A stretch of 64,000 nt of DNA from Hydrolagus colliei (GCA_035084275.1 CM068762.1:9114001-9178000), one strand, 5' to 3'; positions 12,404 to 25,146 are shown, counted from the stretch's first letter. The notes: generated by a model not told the origin, from the sequence alone. Program-made: numbers and translations.

Positions 12404-13372
12404 TAGACAGTGTTTCGATGTCATAAGTGTTTATAGTCAAAGGAAAGCTTTATCCTTTATATAAAATAACTTGAAAACCAAATCCAGTCAATTTCAAGAT
12501 GGGGCAGAATAATACAACCATGTCAACAACAACTACAAAATTGCATTTGGATAGAGCACCTTTCACATCTGGAGAACAAGAACAACAACTTTGATTTATA
12601 TAGTGCCCTCCACGCCAGATGGTGTCTCAGAGCGCTGGTTTACATTCAATCTGAAACATTGACCGTCCACTTCAATCCACAACCGTTTGTGGGACACTGT
12701 TATGCGCAATTAGTTGCCATAAAAACTCAGCCAATTCACTTTACTGTATACTCTATGAAGCGCTTTAAAACATCCAGAAGACATGAAAAGCATTATATTA
12801 AATGCGAGGATTATTATTATTATTACCTCTGCTAATGCTGACCCTCAACTTAATCCAAACCCCTTTCCTCATTTCTCCTCATCCTCCGCTACCTTTCTGC
12901 TGTCCAGCTGGGATAAATTGCTCTCATTCACATCCCCCTAACTGAACTTCGCACCCCACCACCCCCTCCCACCCCCTCACCCATGCACTGGAGAGCGTGT
13001 GAAAGTATTTGATGTGGCTGATGCAGGTGTACCTGAGATACATCAAGAAAACTGATCACTGGGGATGAGCAATGTTGCCTTTGAAGTTAGTTCGATTCAA
13101 ACAGACTCCATCATATAAGCCAAAAATTGATCTACGCTGACGGTCAACACCTGGGGCTTTAAAGTAATTTAATTGTGTGTTTTTAAAAAAAATCTGATGT
13201 GCCACAGTTTTATCAGGGCCTGACAGAAGCAGATGCGTGAAGTAACTTCAGAGCAAACTGTATCGAAGGAAGACACTGATAGCGATGACTGGATTTGTTT
13301 TTCAAGTCATTTTATATAAAGGATAAAGCTTTCCTTTGACTATAAACACTTATGACATCGAAACACTGTCTA
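12404..13372. repeat. 87-bp inverted repeat pair (12404-12490 and 13286-13372) with a 795-bp spacer
   Basis: The reverse complement of the left arm matches the right arm at 85/87 positions (compared by eye). Confidence 0.95.
12522..12825. mobile_element. Two L2 tail fragments (-) and a SINE 3' half (+)
   Basis: CAACAAC...GCACCTTTCACATC; ACAACTTTGATTTATATAGTGCCCTCCACGCCAG; CACTTCAATCCACAACCGTTTGTGGGACAC...GGATTATTATT. Confidence 0.75.
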
Positions 13373-13620
13373 AAAGCTCTTCTCAAGGCATTGCTGAAGA
13401 GCACATATGGTGGCGAGGGCAGTAGCCGATTTGCGCACAACAAAATCCTACAAGTTTCCATGAAGTGAATGAACCATTTTATCTGAAGTGTCTTTGCCAC
13501 GGTGGCCGGGAGAATCTCCCTACTCTTTTTTGAATAGCGTCATGAGATCCTTTAACGTCCATTGAGGTAGCGCGGTAAACCTCTTGTGTCTCCTCCAAAG
13601 AGCTGTGTCACCAACAAGCT
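13320..13620 (-). mobile_element. Degraded DeuSINE whose tail overlaps the right arm of the inverted repeat
   Basis: GCCGATTTGCGCACAACAAAATCCTACAAG...GGGAGAATCTCCCTACTCTTTTTGAATAGCGTCATGAGATCCTTTAACGTCC. Confidence 0.7.
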
Positions 13621-14189
13621 AGATAGTTCACCATACTTCATCGAATCACACGCCAGTCACTGGAAACGATACACCAGTAACTGAGCAAAGTACCCTCCTG
13701 TTACTGGCTCATAACTGGCCTGCTGTTTCTGGCTCACTATTCAGTGCACATATGCTTTGATGCCCTTGGGGTCAAATAAGATGTGAGAGTTACTGTTCAT
13801 GTTCAAAAATGCTCAGCAACATTGGCTTTGCGCACCAAACCTTCGGACTCACAAGAGGGGGAGCTTATTGTCTGGACTGATACATTCCCAAACTGTAAAC
13901 AACAATAACGAAATTACATTTGTAAGGCACCTTTCATGTCGAGAGGACGTCCCAAGACGCTGAAAAGTCAAACCTCGACAGTGATCTTTATTGAGTTCTC
14001 ATAAACGGACAGCAAATCCCGTCTGTGTAGGATTGGGGGGACACGGGTTCCAATTTTGAACGCTTCCAATGCAATTCAGTGCTTTTAGATGAAAGGGGAA
14101 ACGTGTTTTCCTTTTGGTTATGTTGCAGCTAAGATAACATATTAAATATTGGCTGTCAATATTTAATTGCTGCAATCTCCTCCCTGCAG

Positions 14190-14655
14190 GTGTGAAGCTT
14201 TCACTGAATAAATCAGCAGAAGCAATTGGTCGCAGTTTCGTAAATTGGTTCGCAATACAGTCAGTTTGTAACGTAATGACAAATAACAATGGAGCACTGA
14301 CCTGAGCACGTATACCGTGGCAAATGTCCACTGTTGATGGCAAATGGACAAGTGGCATACTAAAGTCAAAGTGTCGAACGAGGGGTTCGAGCGCTTTATC
14401 TGCTCACTGGGAGAAGAGAGTTTCTCGCAATTGAGCCTGGACAATGCGCAGCAAAGTTGAAGGAAATGAATGTTGCTGCCTTTGAGGAGGTCGGACGATG
14501 ATTTGCAAGTCATCTTACTTCTTGGAATAAGCAAGGATATCATGCCACGTAAAACCAGCATGAGGTTTTCTGGTTATTGTAGTTGCTCCATTTGCTTCAG
14601 TTCACAATTACCCCCTGGTGATTTTCGGCGAAAATAAAACATTTAATACGTTCTT
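14190..14655 (+). ncRNA. Possible terminal exon of a non-coding transcript
   Basis: Strong acceptor TTTAAT...TCTCCTCCCTGCAG/G at 14189, a repeat-free and relatively CpG-retaining body, and AATAAA at 14207 and 14633. There is no long + strand ORF. Confidence 0.25.
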
Positions 14656-15347
14656 ATAATTTAATATGATTCTCGTCCAAAATGACTCAAAGGATGTTGT
14701 GGGGGCATGTTTAATGATACAATACCGCTCGCTGCATTGACAAATGGTAGGCAGAGCTTTTCGTAAGGCTGTTTACAGTGTCAACAGTATAATTTTAATG
14801 CGAGGTTCTTTTGGGGAGATGGTCTCAAAATGTAATTCATTTCATTCCGACTGTAATCAATTCTTAAAACTCTCACTTAATCAAAAGAGCCTGTGCAGCA
14901 TGGAGATGTGGGTTTTTTATGAGGATTTGTCACAAAGCTACGCCAGAACACTAACCCCCGTAAAGGGCGCTACGTAAATGCAATATATTGTTGTGGCTGG
15001 AGTACAAAAGCAAATCTCCATGATGCACTGTGGCCATTTCAAGATCACGAATTGCAGGTATGATTGAAAAGTGTTGCGTGAGATTAATCAACCCGTTTTG
15101 GATATGTCATAAAACACTTTATTTCAGATACTTTATCAACAGTGGGTTGTTTTCAGCGATAGTGGTATATTGCTGGAATTATCTGAGCATCGGCAGCATA
15201 TTAATGGGTTATTTGAAAGCTCCATAACTCATGATTGTCAATGGGCATCTGTGAATTCTAAGATGCTATTTGCGAGTGATTATATTTCCTTTACTAAAAG
15301 GTTCAGTGGAATCCATATTCACTACACCAGACATACTGTATTCAGTA

Positions 15348-15548
15348 ACAACAACAACAACAACAAATGACACTTATAAAGCGCCTTTCACGTCGGGAGG
15401 ACGTCCCAAGGCGCTGCACAGGAGGCGTGTGACCCGAGCTGGGAGGGGAGTGTACGGGGAGGGGTGAAACACGTAGGGGAGGTCGAAAAATTCTGGGTGG
15501 AACAAAAGGCACGGTCGAAGAGGAAAGTCTTCAAACCGGCCTTGAAAG
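15348..15548 (-). mobile_element. L2 3' end, family A ((TTG)n tail)
   Basis: (CAA)n ATGACACTTATAAAGCGCCTTTCACGTCGGGAGGACGTCCCAAGGCGCTG...GGTCGAAGAGGAAAGTCTT. Confidence 0.8.
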
Positions 15549-16682
15549 TTAAACGTTCTATGTATTCCCGGCTAAAGTTACATTAAGGTTCCGTTTACGT
15601 TAACTTATAAAAGTGCTACCAGACATGCTCCCAGAGTGAAAGGCCTAATATATATATGAGCGTTATATCAAAATGTAAGGATTCTTTATTATTATTTACA
15701 CAATTAGTTGCTTGAGTTGTATCTTTGCAGCAAGAAAGGTAAATCCTATTTTCTTCTCCTTGATTGTTCTTTTGTTGGAAGCAATGGCAAATTGCTCCGG
15801 TGATCTAAGATAGAGCCAATAACTAAGATATTGATGAGCGGTATTTTGTCAGCAGTTTCCTCTGTTAAACTTGACTGATAGTTATGCCTGAAAATCAGCC
15901 TGGCGTTATTCGTAGAGTGATTCATAAAACGTCAATAAGATGTAATAAACCATCAGTTTAGTAAAGCATGATTTGCTTAAACTAGGAACCTTTTATTACT
16001 GCAGCTTCACTTAACCAAAGCTTGATTCACACTTACCGTTCAAACTGTTGAAACATATTAAACGTGTAGCTGATAAGTTCATTTATCACACAGTAATGTT
16101 TGAAATCATGACCTTATAGCATTATAAAATGCTATACCAGCAGGTTCATTATCAGCCTTCAATAATCTTTCGTTTTGTTTGGTTATTAAATAAGTTGAAA
16201 CATTAATTTAAAAAATCTGTTAATTTGTGGCAACAATTTCTCCTTGCGGTTAATGTGTCTGTCAGCCTGGTTCAGTTGGTTGCACTCTTGCCTCCTAGTC
16301 AGAAGACTGTGGGTTCAAGCACCCATGTTGGGACTTTTGAGTTCACCAGCCTGGCTGTCACTCACAAGATTGCTTTGGATGATAAAGGTTCTTTAGAAAG
16401 ATCTTATCTCAATCAGTCCAGCATTGTTGCTTCTCAATAAAGACTAAATGTAATAATTTTTTATTTTTAAAACAAAACAAATAACATTGGTGAACAGAAT
16501 AAAGCTAGGTGCAATGATACAAAATACTGAGTACTGTTCAGTTGTAGAGGTCTTAATAGCCAAAACCATTTTCAACCAAACACTTCCAGAAGCACCTGGA
16601 TTGAGTTTGTAGGACTGGCTAATTTTTCTTCTAACTAACCCAGGGCTCTGTCTCCACTTTTGCCATTTTTAATAAAAAGCCA

Positions 16683-17118
16683 ATAACAAATCCTTCTATT
16701 TGGTTCAGCACCTTTCACATTAAGAGGACGTTTGAGGTATTTTGTTTGGGGGATTTAGTTTGGGGGATTTTTTGTTTGGGGGATTGCCGGTCAAGGCAAG
16801 AGAAGCTCCCTTCTCTTTTTATATAGTGGTGTGAGATCATTAGCGTACACTTGACCAAACAGATGGGGCCATGATTTAATGTCTCATATAAAGGAAGGCC
16901 AACAACACTGCACATTATAATAATCCTTGCATTTGATATAGCACTTTTCACGTCTTCTAGATGTCTCAAAGCGCTTCACAGAATATAATGTAAAGTGAAT
17001 TGACTGTATATTTGTGGGCGAATTTCCCAACACTCACTATCACCTTAAATTATATAAGTTAAACCCACAATCTACTGACTCAGAGGCAAGAGTCCTCACG
17101 GTTTAGCGAGGCTGACAC
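16683..17118 (-). mobile_element. DeuSINE interrupted by a young SINE tail (~16915-17025)
   Basis: A Deu domain at 16780-16910 is followed by the SINE tail, then the remaining head at 17060-17118. There is an internal GTTTGGGGGATT x3 at 16744-16785. Confidence 0.7.
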
Positions 17119-17414
17119 ATTACTTTTGCCCCGACTGTGATCAACTAACTCAGTTTAGACAGAGATTGAAATCTCTGGAATATTTTCCAATCTCTGCTGG
17201 TCTTCTGGTTACTGAATACAACTGCTGAGACAGCTATCAGGGAGGCATATATATTCTTTTCAATGTTGATTTTCACCACCATTTCTCAGAAAGGAACAAA
17301 GCTTTAGTAAAGCCACACTGGTGTTTATTGCTGCACTAAAATGAGAAGCATTATGGAAATCTTCAATGGCCTCCTTTGCATTTCATAAGGCGATAGACCA
17401 CAGAGTTGGGGGTG

Positions 17415-18312
17415 GAGGGAGCAAGGTGGGTGGTGGGCGGGATAGTATACAGGCTGCAGAATTTTGGATGATCTGCAGCCTGTGAATGGAGGAGCTGGGG
17501 ATGCCGACAAGGTGAGAGTTCCCATAGTCCAGCCGTGAGGTAATGTACACTTGCACGAGTGTTTTGGCAGCGTGGGGGGTGAGATAGTTGCGGAGCCTGG
17601 CAATGTTGCGCAGGTGGAAATAGGCGGTGCCGGTCAAGGCACGGATGTGGGGGAGGAAGGAGAGTTTGGGGTCGAACGTGATGCCGAGGTTCCTGACTGA
17701 CTTTGTGAGGTGGAGAGTACAGCCTTGGATGTTGATGCTGGCAGCGCCCGATGTGCGGAGGCGCTGGCTTGAGCCAATCAGGAGGGCCTCGGTCTTGCTC
17801 ATGTTCAATTGGAGGAAATTGTCCCTCGTCCAGGACTCGATGTCGGACAAACATGCTGTCAGAACATCGATGGTCTGGGGGTTGAGGGATGAGGCTGAGA
17901 GGTACAGCTGGGTGTCGTCCGCATACATGTGGAAGTTTACCCCATGTTTGCGGATGACATTGCCCAGAGGGAACATGTATATGGTGAAAAGGAGGGGGCC
18001 AAGGACAGAGCCCTGGGGGACGCCATGAGAGACTGTACAGGGATTTGAGGAAAAACTATTGGAGGATACGAAATGTAGGCGGTGGGTCAGGTAGGAGTGG
18101 AACCATTCAAGGACTGTGCCTTGAAGCTTGAAGTGGGAAGAAAGGCGTTGGAGGAGGCAACTACTCTTTCAAGGACCTTAGAAAGGAACGGGAGGTTGGA
18201 GATGGGTCGGTAGCTCGAAAGCTGCAACGCATCAAGGGAGGGTTTTTTCAGGATAGGGGTGATGGTAGCTGTTTTAAGGGAGGTGGGGACGGTGCCAGAG
18301 GAAAGGGAGAGG
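17415..18312 (-). mobile_element. L2 LINE ORF2 reverse transcriptase fragment, internally deleted and truncated at both ends
   Basis: Minus translation: KTATITPILKKPSLD..YRPISNLPFLSKVLERVVA / deletion / WFHSYL..GVPQGSVLGPLLFTIYM..HMYADDTQLYLS..NFLQLNMSKTE..NLGITFD..SRLDYGN..LQIIQNSAA. Confidence 0.95.
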
Positions 18313-18654
18313 CACAGATACTTAAACGTTCAAAACAATGGAAAAATATCCTATGACAGCAGCTGCGTTGTAGGATTCTCATGGCCCAACCCTTTCCCAA
18401 TTTCTGGAAGGCAGAATTCATGGTACTGCATATGATTGTGGAGCTCACCCACACTGCTGAGCAAACAATCATATCTGGGATATATGCAAATCTTGTCATG
18501 TTATTGCATGTCAAAAAAGGTATGAGCCAATTCATTTCAGCTTGCTATATGGTTATGTATTTGTTGTCAAATTGCACCTGGATCCACTATGTGACCCGAA
18601 ACTGCACAATATACACCACAAAGGTATGTACTGGGCTAGCTGATCTCAGCCGAG

Positions 18655-18960
18655 CAACAATAACAACAACAATAGCAAAATGACTCTTATATAGAGCCTT
18701 TCACGTCGGGAGGATGTCCCAAGGCGCTGGACAGTCAATGTTTCAGATCCGAGCTGGGGTCGGGATCGAGGAGACTGGAAGGAAAAGAAGGGATATGAGT
18801 GGCCAATGGGACTGCTGAAGAGGAGGGTCTTGAGGCGGGACTTGAAGGAAACTAGGTAGAGGGTGAGGTGGTGGGACTGCGGGAGGAATTCTAGACGTTA
18901 GGGGCCGAGTGGCTGAAGGCTGGCCCGCTGATGGTGGGGCAGGTGGGTCGGGGGACATGG
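18655..18960 (-). mobile_element. L2 3' end, family A
   Basis: Same tail as 15348, plus GGGTCTTGAGGCGGGACTTGAAGGA. Confidence 0.8.
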
Positions 18961-21621
18961 AGCAATTCAACCACAACAAATTAAATCGTTCAGTGCCTCT
19001 CATGTCAGCAGGAGATCCCATGTTGCTGGACAGTGAGGGCCGTATCACTGAGCCAGGTGTTAGAAGTACAATCCAGGTTCCCACTTCAGATCACAATTGA
19101 ATTGACACTCCATGTCACACGTTAATCTCTGTGTGTCTTACTCCTGCTCTCCCCATCCCTCAGAGCCAAAACGGGAGGTTTGAGACCCATTGTATCTCAT
19201 CCCTCCAGACACAATGCCCACCTTACTGTCGTCCCATCAAAGCATCGAGCCGGTCCTCACTTTGCCTGTAAGCACAGAGCAATGATAATTTAGTCAACAC
19301 CGATGTTTGTGCAGTTTAACAGAATGACACACTAACTGCTAGAAAAACCTACACATTAACCTGTCAACATTTGCAATCACAACATATTCACATGCCCATT
19401 AGTGCAACTGAAACTGTTAACACAAGCTCTTCAGATCATACTCCTGCTTCGCATTCCTCTGGTTAAGCTCTTTTGGAAACAGCTGCTCTGTAGCTACGAG
19501 CATATGCAGCACATCAGTACCCTAACTACCTGTAAGGCTGCTGTCTGCAGTCATCCGTTTGCTCTTATAAATGCTCTACTCTTAAAGCCTATTCAGATGT
19601 AAAATGGATTTTTTTTTTACAGATGAAAATTGGTTGCGCACAGACATATAAAAAATGCAAAACATATTACTCCTCTTAATACCATTAGAATTTACTGCAA
19701 TTACGAGGCAACCACTTCAGTATTAAAGACAAGCACATTATGGGAACCATCTGTCTACAGTTAATCAGCAATGAGCTAAATGCTACTCCATGCTCGCATT
19801 GGACTTCCAGATCCTCACGCGCATGTTGAAATCCATTCACCCCCCCTGGCATCTCCCTACCTCTCTGACCTCCTCACCCACTGATCTACCACCCGTGGAT
19901 AAGGCAGGTCAGGGTTTCGCCCTGACCTGCCTTATCCATATGTACATGATGCTCCATTATAAATTAGATGGTTTTGTACTTGTATGTAGTACATACAGCC
20001 AGGACTTCAAAGAGACTTACAGAGGAACGCTTTAAACTTTTCATAACTATATTATCTAGAGGCTATTTCCAGCCTCTTATCATGGCAAGCATCAGCGGCA
20101 CCTTTAACAGCTGAGGGTGATCCAAGCATTCGCTCACAGTCTCACCCTCAATGTTTTCCTTTCAAAAATGGCCGCGATATTTCAGCTTGTTTAAGTACTA
20201 TAGTTGCAAATGTTATACAACTTCGAACTATTCGTACTTCATTTGAACTGGGTGTGACAGAAGGTTAACTTCTAATCCTTTCACCACTGGGATCCTGGGT
20301 TCAAATCCAGATCAGAACAGTGAGAGAAGGGAGTTTCTCCCAGTGTCTCGGCCAACAATTCTGCAGATAAAACTGGTCATTGACTTCATTGTTGATTGTA
20401 AGATTTTGCTGTGTGCAAAATAGGCTTCTGCCTTTACCTATAAATACATTCTGTGAAGCGCTGTGAGAAGTCTTGAGGTCGTAATATGGCAGTTATATAA
20501 AACACAAGAATGTTTATTTTCAGTTATGTAACTCTTCTCTCCCTCTCTGACTGCTGTAATGGGTTTTAATGGTGCATTGATATTGCTAGATGTGAAGTTT
20601 ACTGCCTCCATACTTTCTGCTCCACACAATGTTCCTCACACCAGAAACGTACAACCATTGTTTGTGTGTGTTAGTGTGTAGTTCGTATTGTTTGAAAAGC
20701 AGGTCAAGCATTTAGAAAAACTAAATGGTTGGTGAAAAGTTCCTAGAAATCTTAAGATATCGCCCGAGATCGTTCAACAGATCATGGGGTCATGAATCAA
20801 ATGCTGAGAATGTGAATCATGTTTTTACTGGAATCACCACTCCTCCAACCCCCGCCACCCCCAAAGTGACTTCACAAGCAGGACTATTTGTGCTGGCTCA
20901 ACCATGATTTCTATTAAATCTTTGCTTTCTAAGTGAATTACTTTCTAAGCTGCGTTAATTTACCTACAAAATATACAATAGATACTATGAATGGGCTTTG
21001 GGATGTCATCCCAACATGATAGGTGCTCCATTAAACCAAGGATAACACACACGTTTATTTGAGAGAAGAGCTAGGATAATCTCAACCTAGTTTTTCCAAA
21101 AGTTCAAGTCTAACACTAAAAGTTGCGCTTAATTTAGCAGCAAAAGTCTCAATCTGCTCTGAGAGACCATTTCTTTTAGAAATGGATGATTGTCACCAGA
21201 ATAATACTGTAGGTGGTTATTTAAGATATATTGACTTGAGATACATCGACGACTACTTTGAGGTGAGTGCTTCCTGCTATGACTGGCATAAAATGGCAAA
21301 GTGATCCTTTCCTCCATAACCTTCCCTTTGATAAGCGCAGAATCCTCCAAAAGAAAACCTCACTGCACTCATTCTATTAGCAAAATATTCTCATCAGGTT
21401 GGACGGGTCTTGAAAATCACTCCCAAGTCTTGAGTTTGGAAGCAATCCAAGCCGACTGGCTGAATTCATGCCCGAATCTGCTTTTCTGTCTATTATTTCA
21501 TGCAAATTAAGACTGCACTGACACACCAGCCTCACAGGTAAGCCAACCGAGCTAAAACAACTCAAGATTTTCCTTCCTTAAAATTACCGTAGCCATCAAG
21601 AACACTGAGGATGAATATTGT

Positions 21622-21918
21622 GGAGTCCTGTAGTTCACTCGCCTTACAAACGTGAGACCCGTGTTCGAATCCAGGCAGGTCAGGGCGAAACCTTGGGCAA
21701 ATTTCCTTACTCCATACGCCTAATAATAATCCCTCCCAAAAAAACACACAATAATAAAATTGGTCATTTCAATCCATGACTGTCTGTGGGACACTGCTAT
21801 GCGCAATTGGCTACCCACAAATATCCACTCAATTCACTTCACAGTATAACGTGTAGCGCTTTGAGACATCTAGAAGATATGAAAAGCCCTATATCAAATT
21901 CAAGGATTATTATTATTA
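21622..21918 (+). mobile_element. Young tRNA SINE, short subtype, near full length
   Basis: GGAGTCCTGTAG...GTGTTCGAATCC (box B)...TTGGGCAAATTTCCTTACTCCATACGCCTAATAATAATCCC...(ATT)n tail. Confidence 0.9.
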
Positions 21919-21944
21919 TATTTAGATACTCACACATGTTATCT

Positions 21945-22130
21945 ATCAGCCTTTTCCCAGTTGGTAGCACACTTGCCTCTAAGTCAGAAGGTTATGAGTT
22001 CAAGTCCTACATCAGGACTCCAATACAGTACTAGGAGAATTGTCCATTGTTTGAGGTACCATCCCTTTTGAATAGTGCTTTAATGTCCATCTGAACAGGC
22101 GATCAGTAGAATAAGGAGAGGCCTCGCCCA
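21945..22130 (+). mobile_element. DeuSINE 5' fragment
   Basis: TCAGCC...CAGTTGGTAGCACACTTGCCTCTAAGTCAGAAGGTTATGAGTTCAAGTCC. Confidence 0.7.
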
Positions 22131-24981
22131 AAGGACAGCAATTCTAACAATCTTCCCTCCAGCATTGCACTGGAGGGTCGGCCTGGACTGTGGGTCAGGA
22201 GGGCACCAGGCCTTTAAACTGAGCGATGCCTCAATGGGTGACTTCCGCTTAATCACACGGATCTGCTCCACAGAGCTGGAATGCAAGAGGTATTTATTTT
22301 TGGTGATGGGGAAGAGAGCAAAGGAGGAGGAAGGAAAACAGAATAGTTGGTAGTCAGCCTCATATCACAGGCAACAGTCTCCTGTGGATTAATTACATGG
22401 TGGCAACCGTGAAAAGGTTAGGAGCGTAGATTGGCCCACCCTCTCAGTTGAAGGAGGAAGTGTTGTGATAGACGACAGTTGTGGGGACATAATGAGGGGA
22501 AACGGCAGAAAATAAACAAGCAATCAATTCCTGCTCGCCTTCTTCCCTTTGAAAAACGTTAAAATCCTGTGATGATCGCTTTGAAGTCTCAAAGGATAGA
22601 TTGTATAGGTGCAGAGCTCAGAATAGAAAAAGTGGAGGGGGATAAAAAGACGACCTTATTTAAAAATGTTTTTAAATGCATTAATATGCAATATGGTAAA
22701 GAATAGAAAAGTATTGCATAACCAATCTCACATTCTTTTGTAGGCTGCAGAGTATTCCTCCCAAATGTTTTGAACCAAGGGACACCAAGACACTTTTGCT
22801 TAGATTCCAACTATATTTCACCCGCAATTATACAGTCAATTCACTTTGCAGTGTATTCTGTGAGCGCTTTGAGACTTCTAGAAGAAAGAAAGTGAAAGAA
22901 AGTGCTAGTATCAATGTTATTTCTGGTGAAAAATGACTCAAAGTCAAAACACACGAGGAAAAAAAAGCTGTTTACAAAATTAAGCAACGATAAATTTCAC
23001 CAACCTTTATGGCTGTGTTACTGTTCCAGAAGTTAATGTAATTGTAACAAACAAAGTGGGATTTTCTCTTATGAGGAGGTTACCAAAGGGAACTAATCTG
23101 ATCTCGTACCGGGGCTGAATTAAGATCGCGAGAGAGATTCAGCCTAACTCAGGATGCTTTAATAAGAATGTAACAGTCAACTTTGCATCTTAATTACCCA
23201 GTCATGCATTTGGGATTCAGTAAGCCCCCCCACTTCCTTATATTCAATGTTCATGACATGCATCACAACACATGATTAACCTTATTGATAAATTGTGTAC
23301 ACTGGCTGGTTATTGACAGAGAAAGCTCAATATTCACACCCAAATCGTTCCTTCTCTAGTTTGCCTAATCATGCATATATCCCTTTCTTGTGCACACACG
23401 ACACATACTTCCACTTCCAATGTGCATCATCACTCACGTTTTAGATGAGCTGCATGCTCCTCTGATGCTGAGCAAAAAAGTGAAGAGAATGTACCATATT
23501 TCAATGCTCACCATCTAGCACACTTTGCTAGTTACCTGTGTCAGTCTGAGTAAATAGGTGATGCACAAATCGATACAGTCTAAGTGTAAAACATATTGGA
23601 TGTACCATTTGGACATTGCACCATGAACCTGGAGTACAGTAGAGTGTGGCAACCATCTCGCTTCCAGTGCTAAATGGACACAGAGCTCAGTGTTGCTGTG
23701 TTCCTGATATCCATGAGTCCCCAGCACCCATCAAAGATGCTTGAACAGGCAGTTGTCATCACTGACCGGACAGTTTTTTGTACAGAGATCACAGGCATAG
23801 CAGAGCTCGGAAACGCCAGCACATTGGTCTCGCGAGGGTCTAGTTTTATCTATCCCGACTGCAGTGCAATAGCAGGTAGTTCAGCCTGCGTAACAGGTGT
23901 TCCAAAATATTGAACGCGACAGATAATGCACTAGATTCCACCGTCCCTGCCCCCAACTTCCCCCATTATCTTTCTTCAGTAGTCTGAGTACTTGCCACAG
24001 GTGCAGAGATTTGTACAATTTGTTATGACGTACACATGGCCACACGTGTGAAGCGTACGGTGAGTTGGAGGAAAAGCTGCAATGCAATGATGCCTGTAAA
24101 ACAGAGATAGCGTTATTTAATATGCTCCACTCACATCGGTTGGTTAGTTCAACGGGAGCATCAGTCCCCTCTAACATCGACATTGCAATCACAACACTGC
24201 AATCATTTTCAATCTTTTTCCTGTACTTCCTAACACGGCAACACATGAATTCAGCCATTAGTGGTTTGACTTGAAACTGAAGAATTGATGTACCGAAGTG
24301 TGATTGAGATTTAAGTGTGTGTGTGTGTGTGTGTGTCTCAAGCTCAGCGTGTGGGATTTCACATATCTGCTTTGCTCTTTTTGATTTATTGGCAGGTAAC
24401 AGATGGTGGTTAGAGATTGCAGTAAGCGGGATGAAAACTATGCCTCGGATTTTTGGCAATATTTATTTTTAACTGGGGAGCAGTTAAAAATTTCCGTAGC
24501 GCACTGCATCACCAAGATTGGAAAAAGTAAGTGCGAAAACCCCCAAAATATTAGTCCTAAAGAAATTATACCAGATTTGGACTTAAAACGTCTGTTGGAA
24601 TAGTACATTGTTATTATTCTGTGAAGTGCTTTGAGACATCTTGAAAACGTGATAAGGCTCTATATCAAATGCAAGAATTATTATATCCTCTGAATATGAA
24701 AGGAGCTATATCAATTGCAAGCGGTAAGCAGTATTATTACCTGTAAACTGCTCAATGAAAGAACAATAAAAAACGTTTATCCTCAAGACGGGAGATGAAA
24801 AAGGGGTGGTAAAATTGATGTTTTTGGAGCTGAGATAGAATTACGTGCTTGACAATGGACTGAAAGACACTAGGTAATGTCAATACTGAAAGAGTTATGT
24901 ACCAAGTGTTTCCATACTTAATAAGAACACATACTGTAAGATATTTCAAAAATATATTAATTTGCACGTTTGTGAAATCCG

Positions 24982-25146
24982 CCGTTGCATTATTCTAACA
25001 GTTAAGATGTGACTAACTGCATCTGGGCCAAACAAACATAAGGATGAAATAATTGCAAACTTTTAACTAACTGCATCTCATTTCCAGTCTCACAGTTGCC
25101 GCAGTTAATAATTCATGAATCTTATCCGAAAAAAAATACTCAACTG
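24982..25146. promoter_or_regulatory. Homotypic cluster of MYB consensus sites (candidate enhancer or promoter)
   Basis: Seven YAACKG matches on both strands, at 24982, 24999, 25014, 25068, 25093, 25102 and 25141, in sequence with no recognised repeat. Confidence 0.35.

Noticed and set aside
13999-14561. Overlapping minus-strand ORFs of 119 and 132 aa
   Set aside because: No recognisable domain and no supporting splice context; such ORFs are expected by chance.
17363-18028. ORFs 17363..17854 (-) and 17627..18028 (+)
   Set aside because: They are alternative-frame or antisense shadows of the L2 RT ORF.
21622-21690. tRNA-like sequences with box A and box B (also 41860-41925, 57390-57477)
   Set aside because: They are SINE heads running into SINE bodies, not tRNA genes.
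23881-24459. 192-aa minus-strand ORF
   Set aside because: It reads through a (CA)n microsatellite, shows no domain similarity and has random-like composition.
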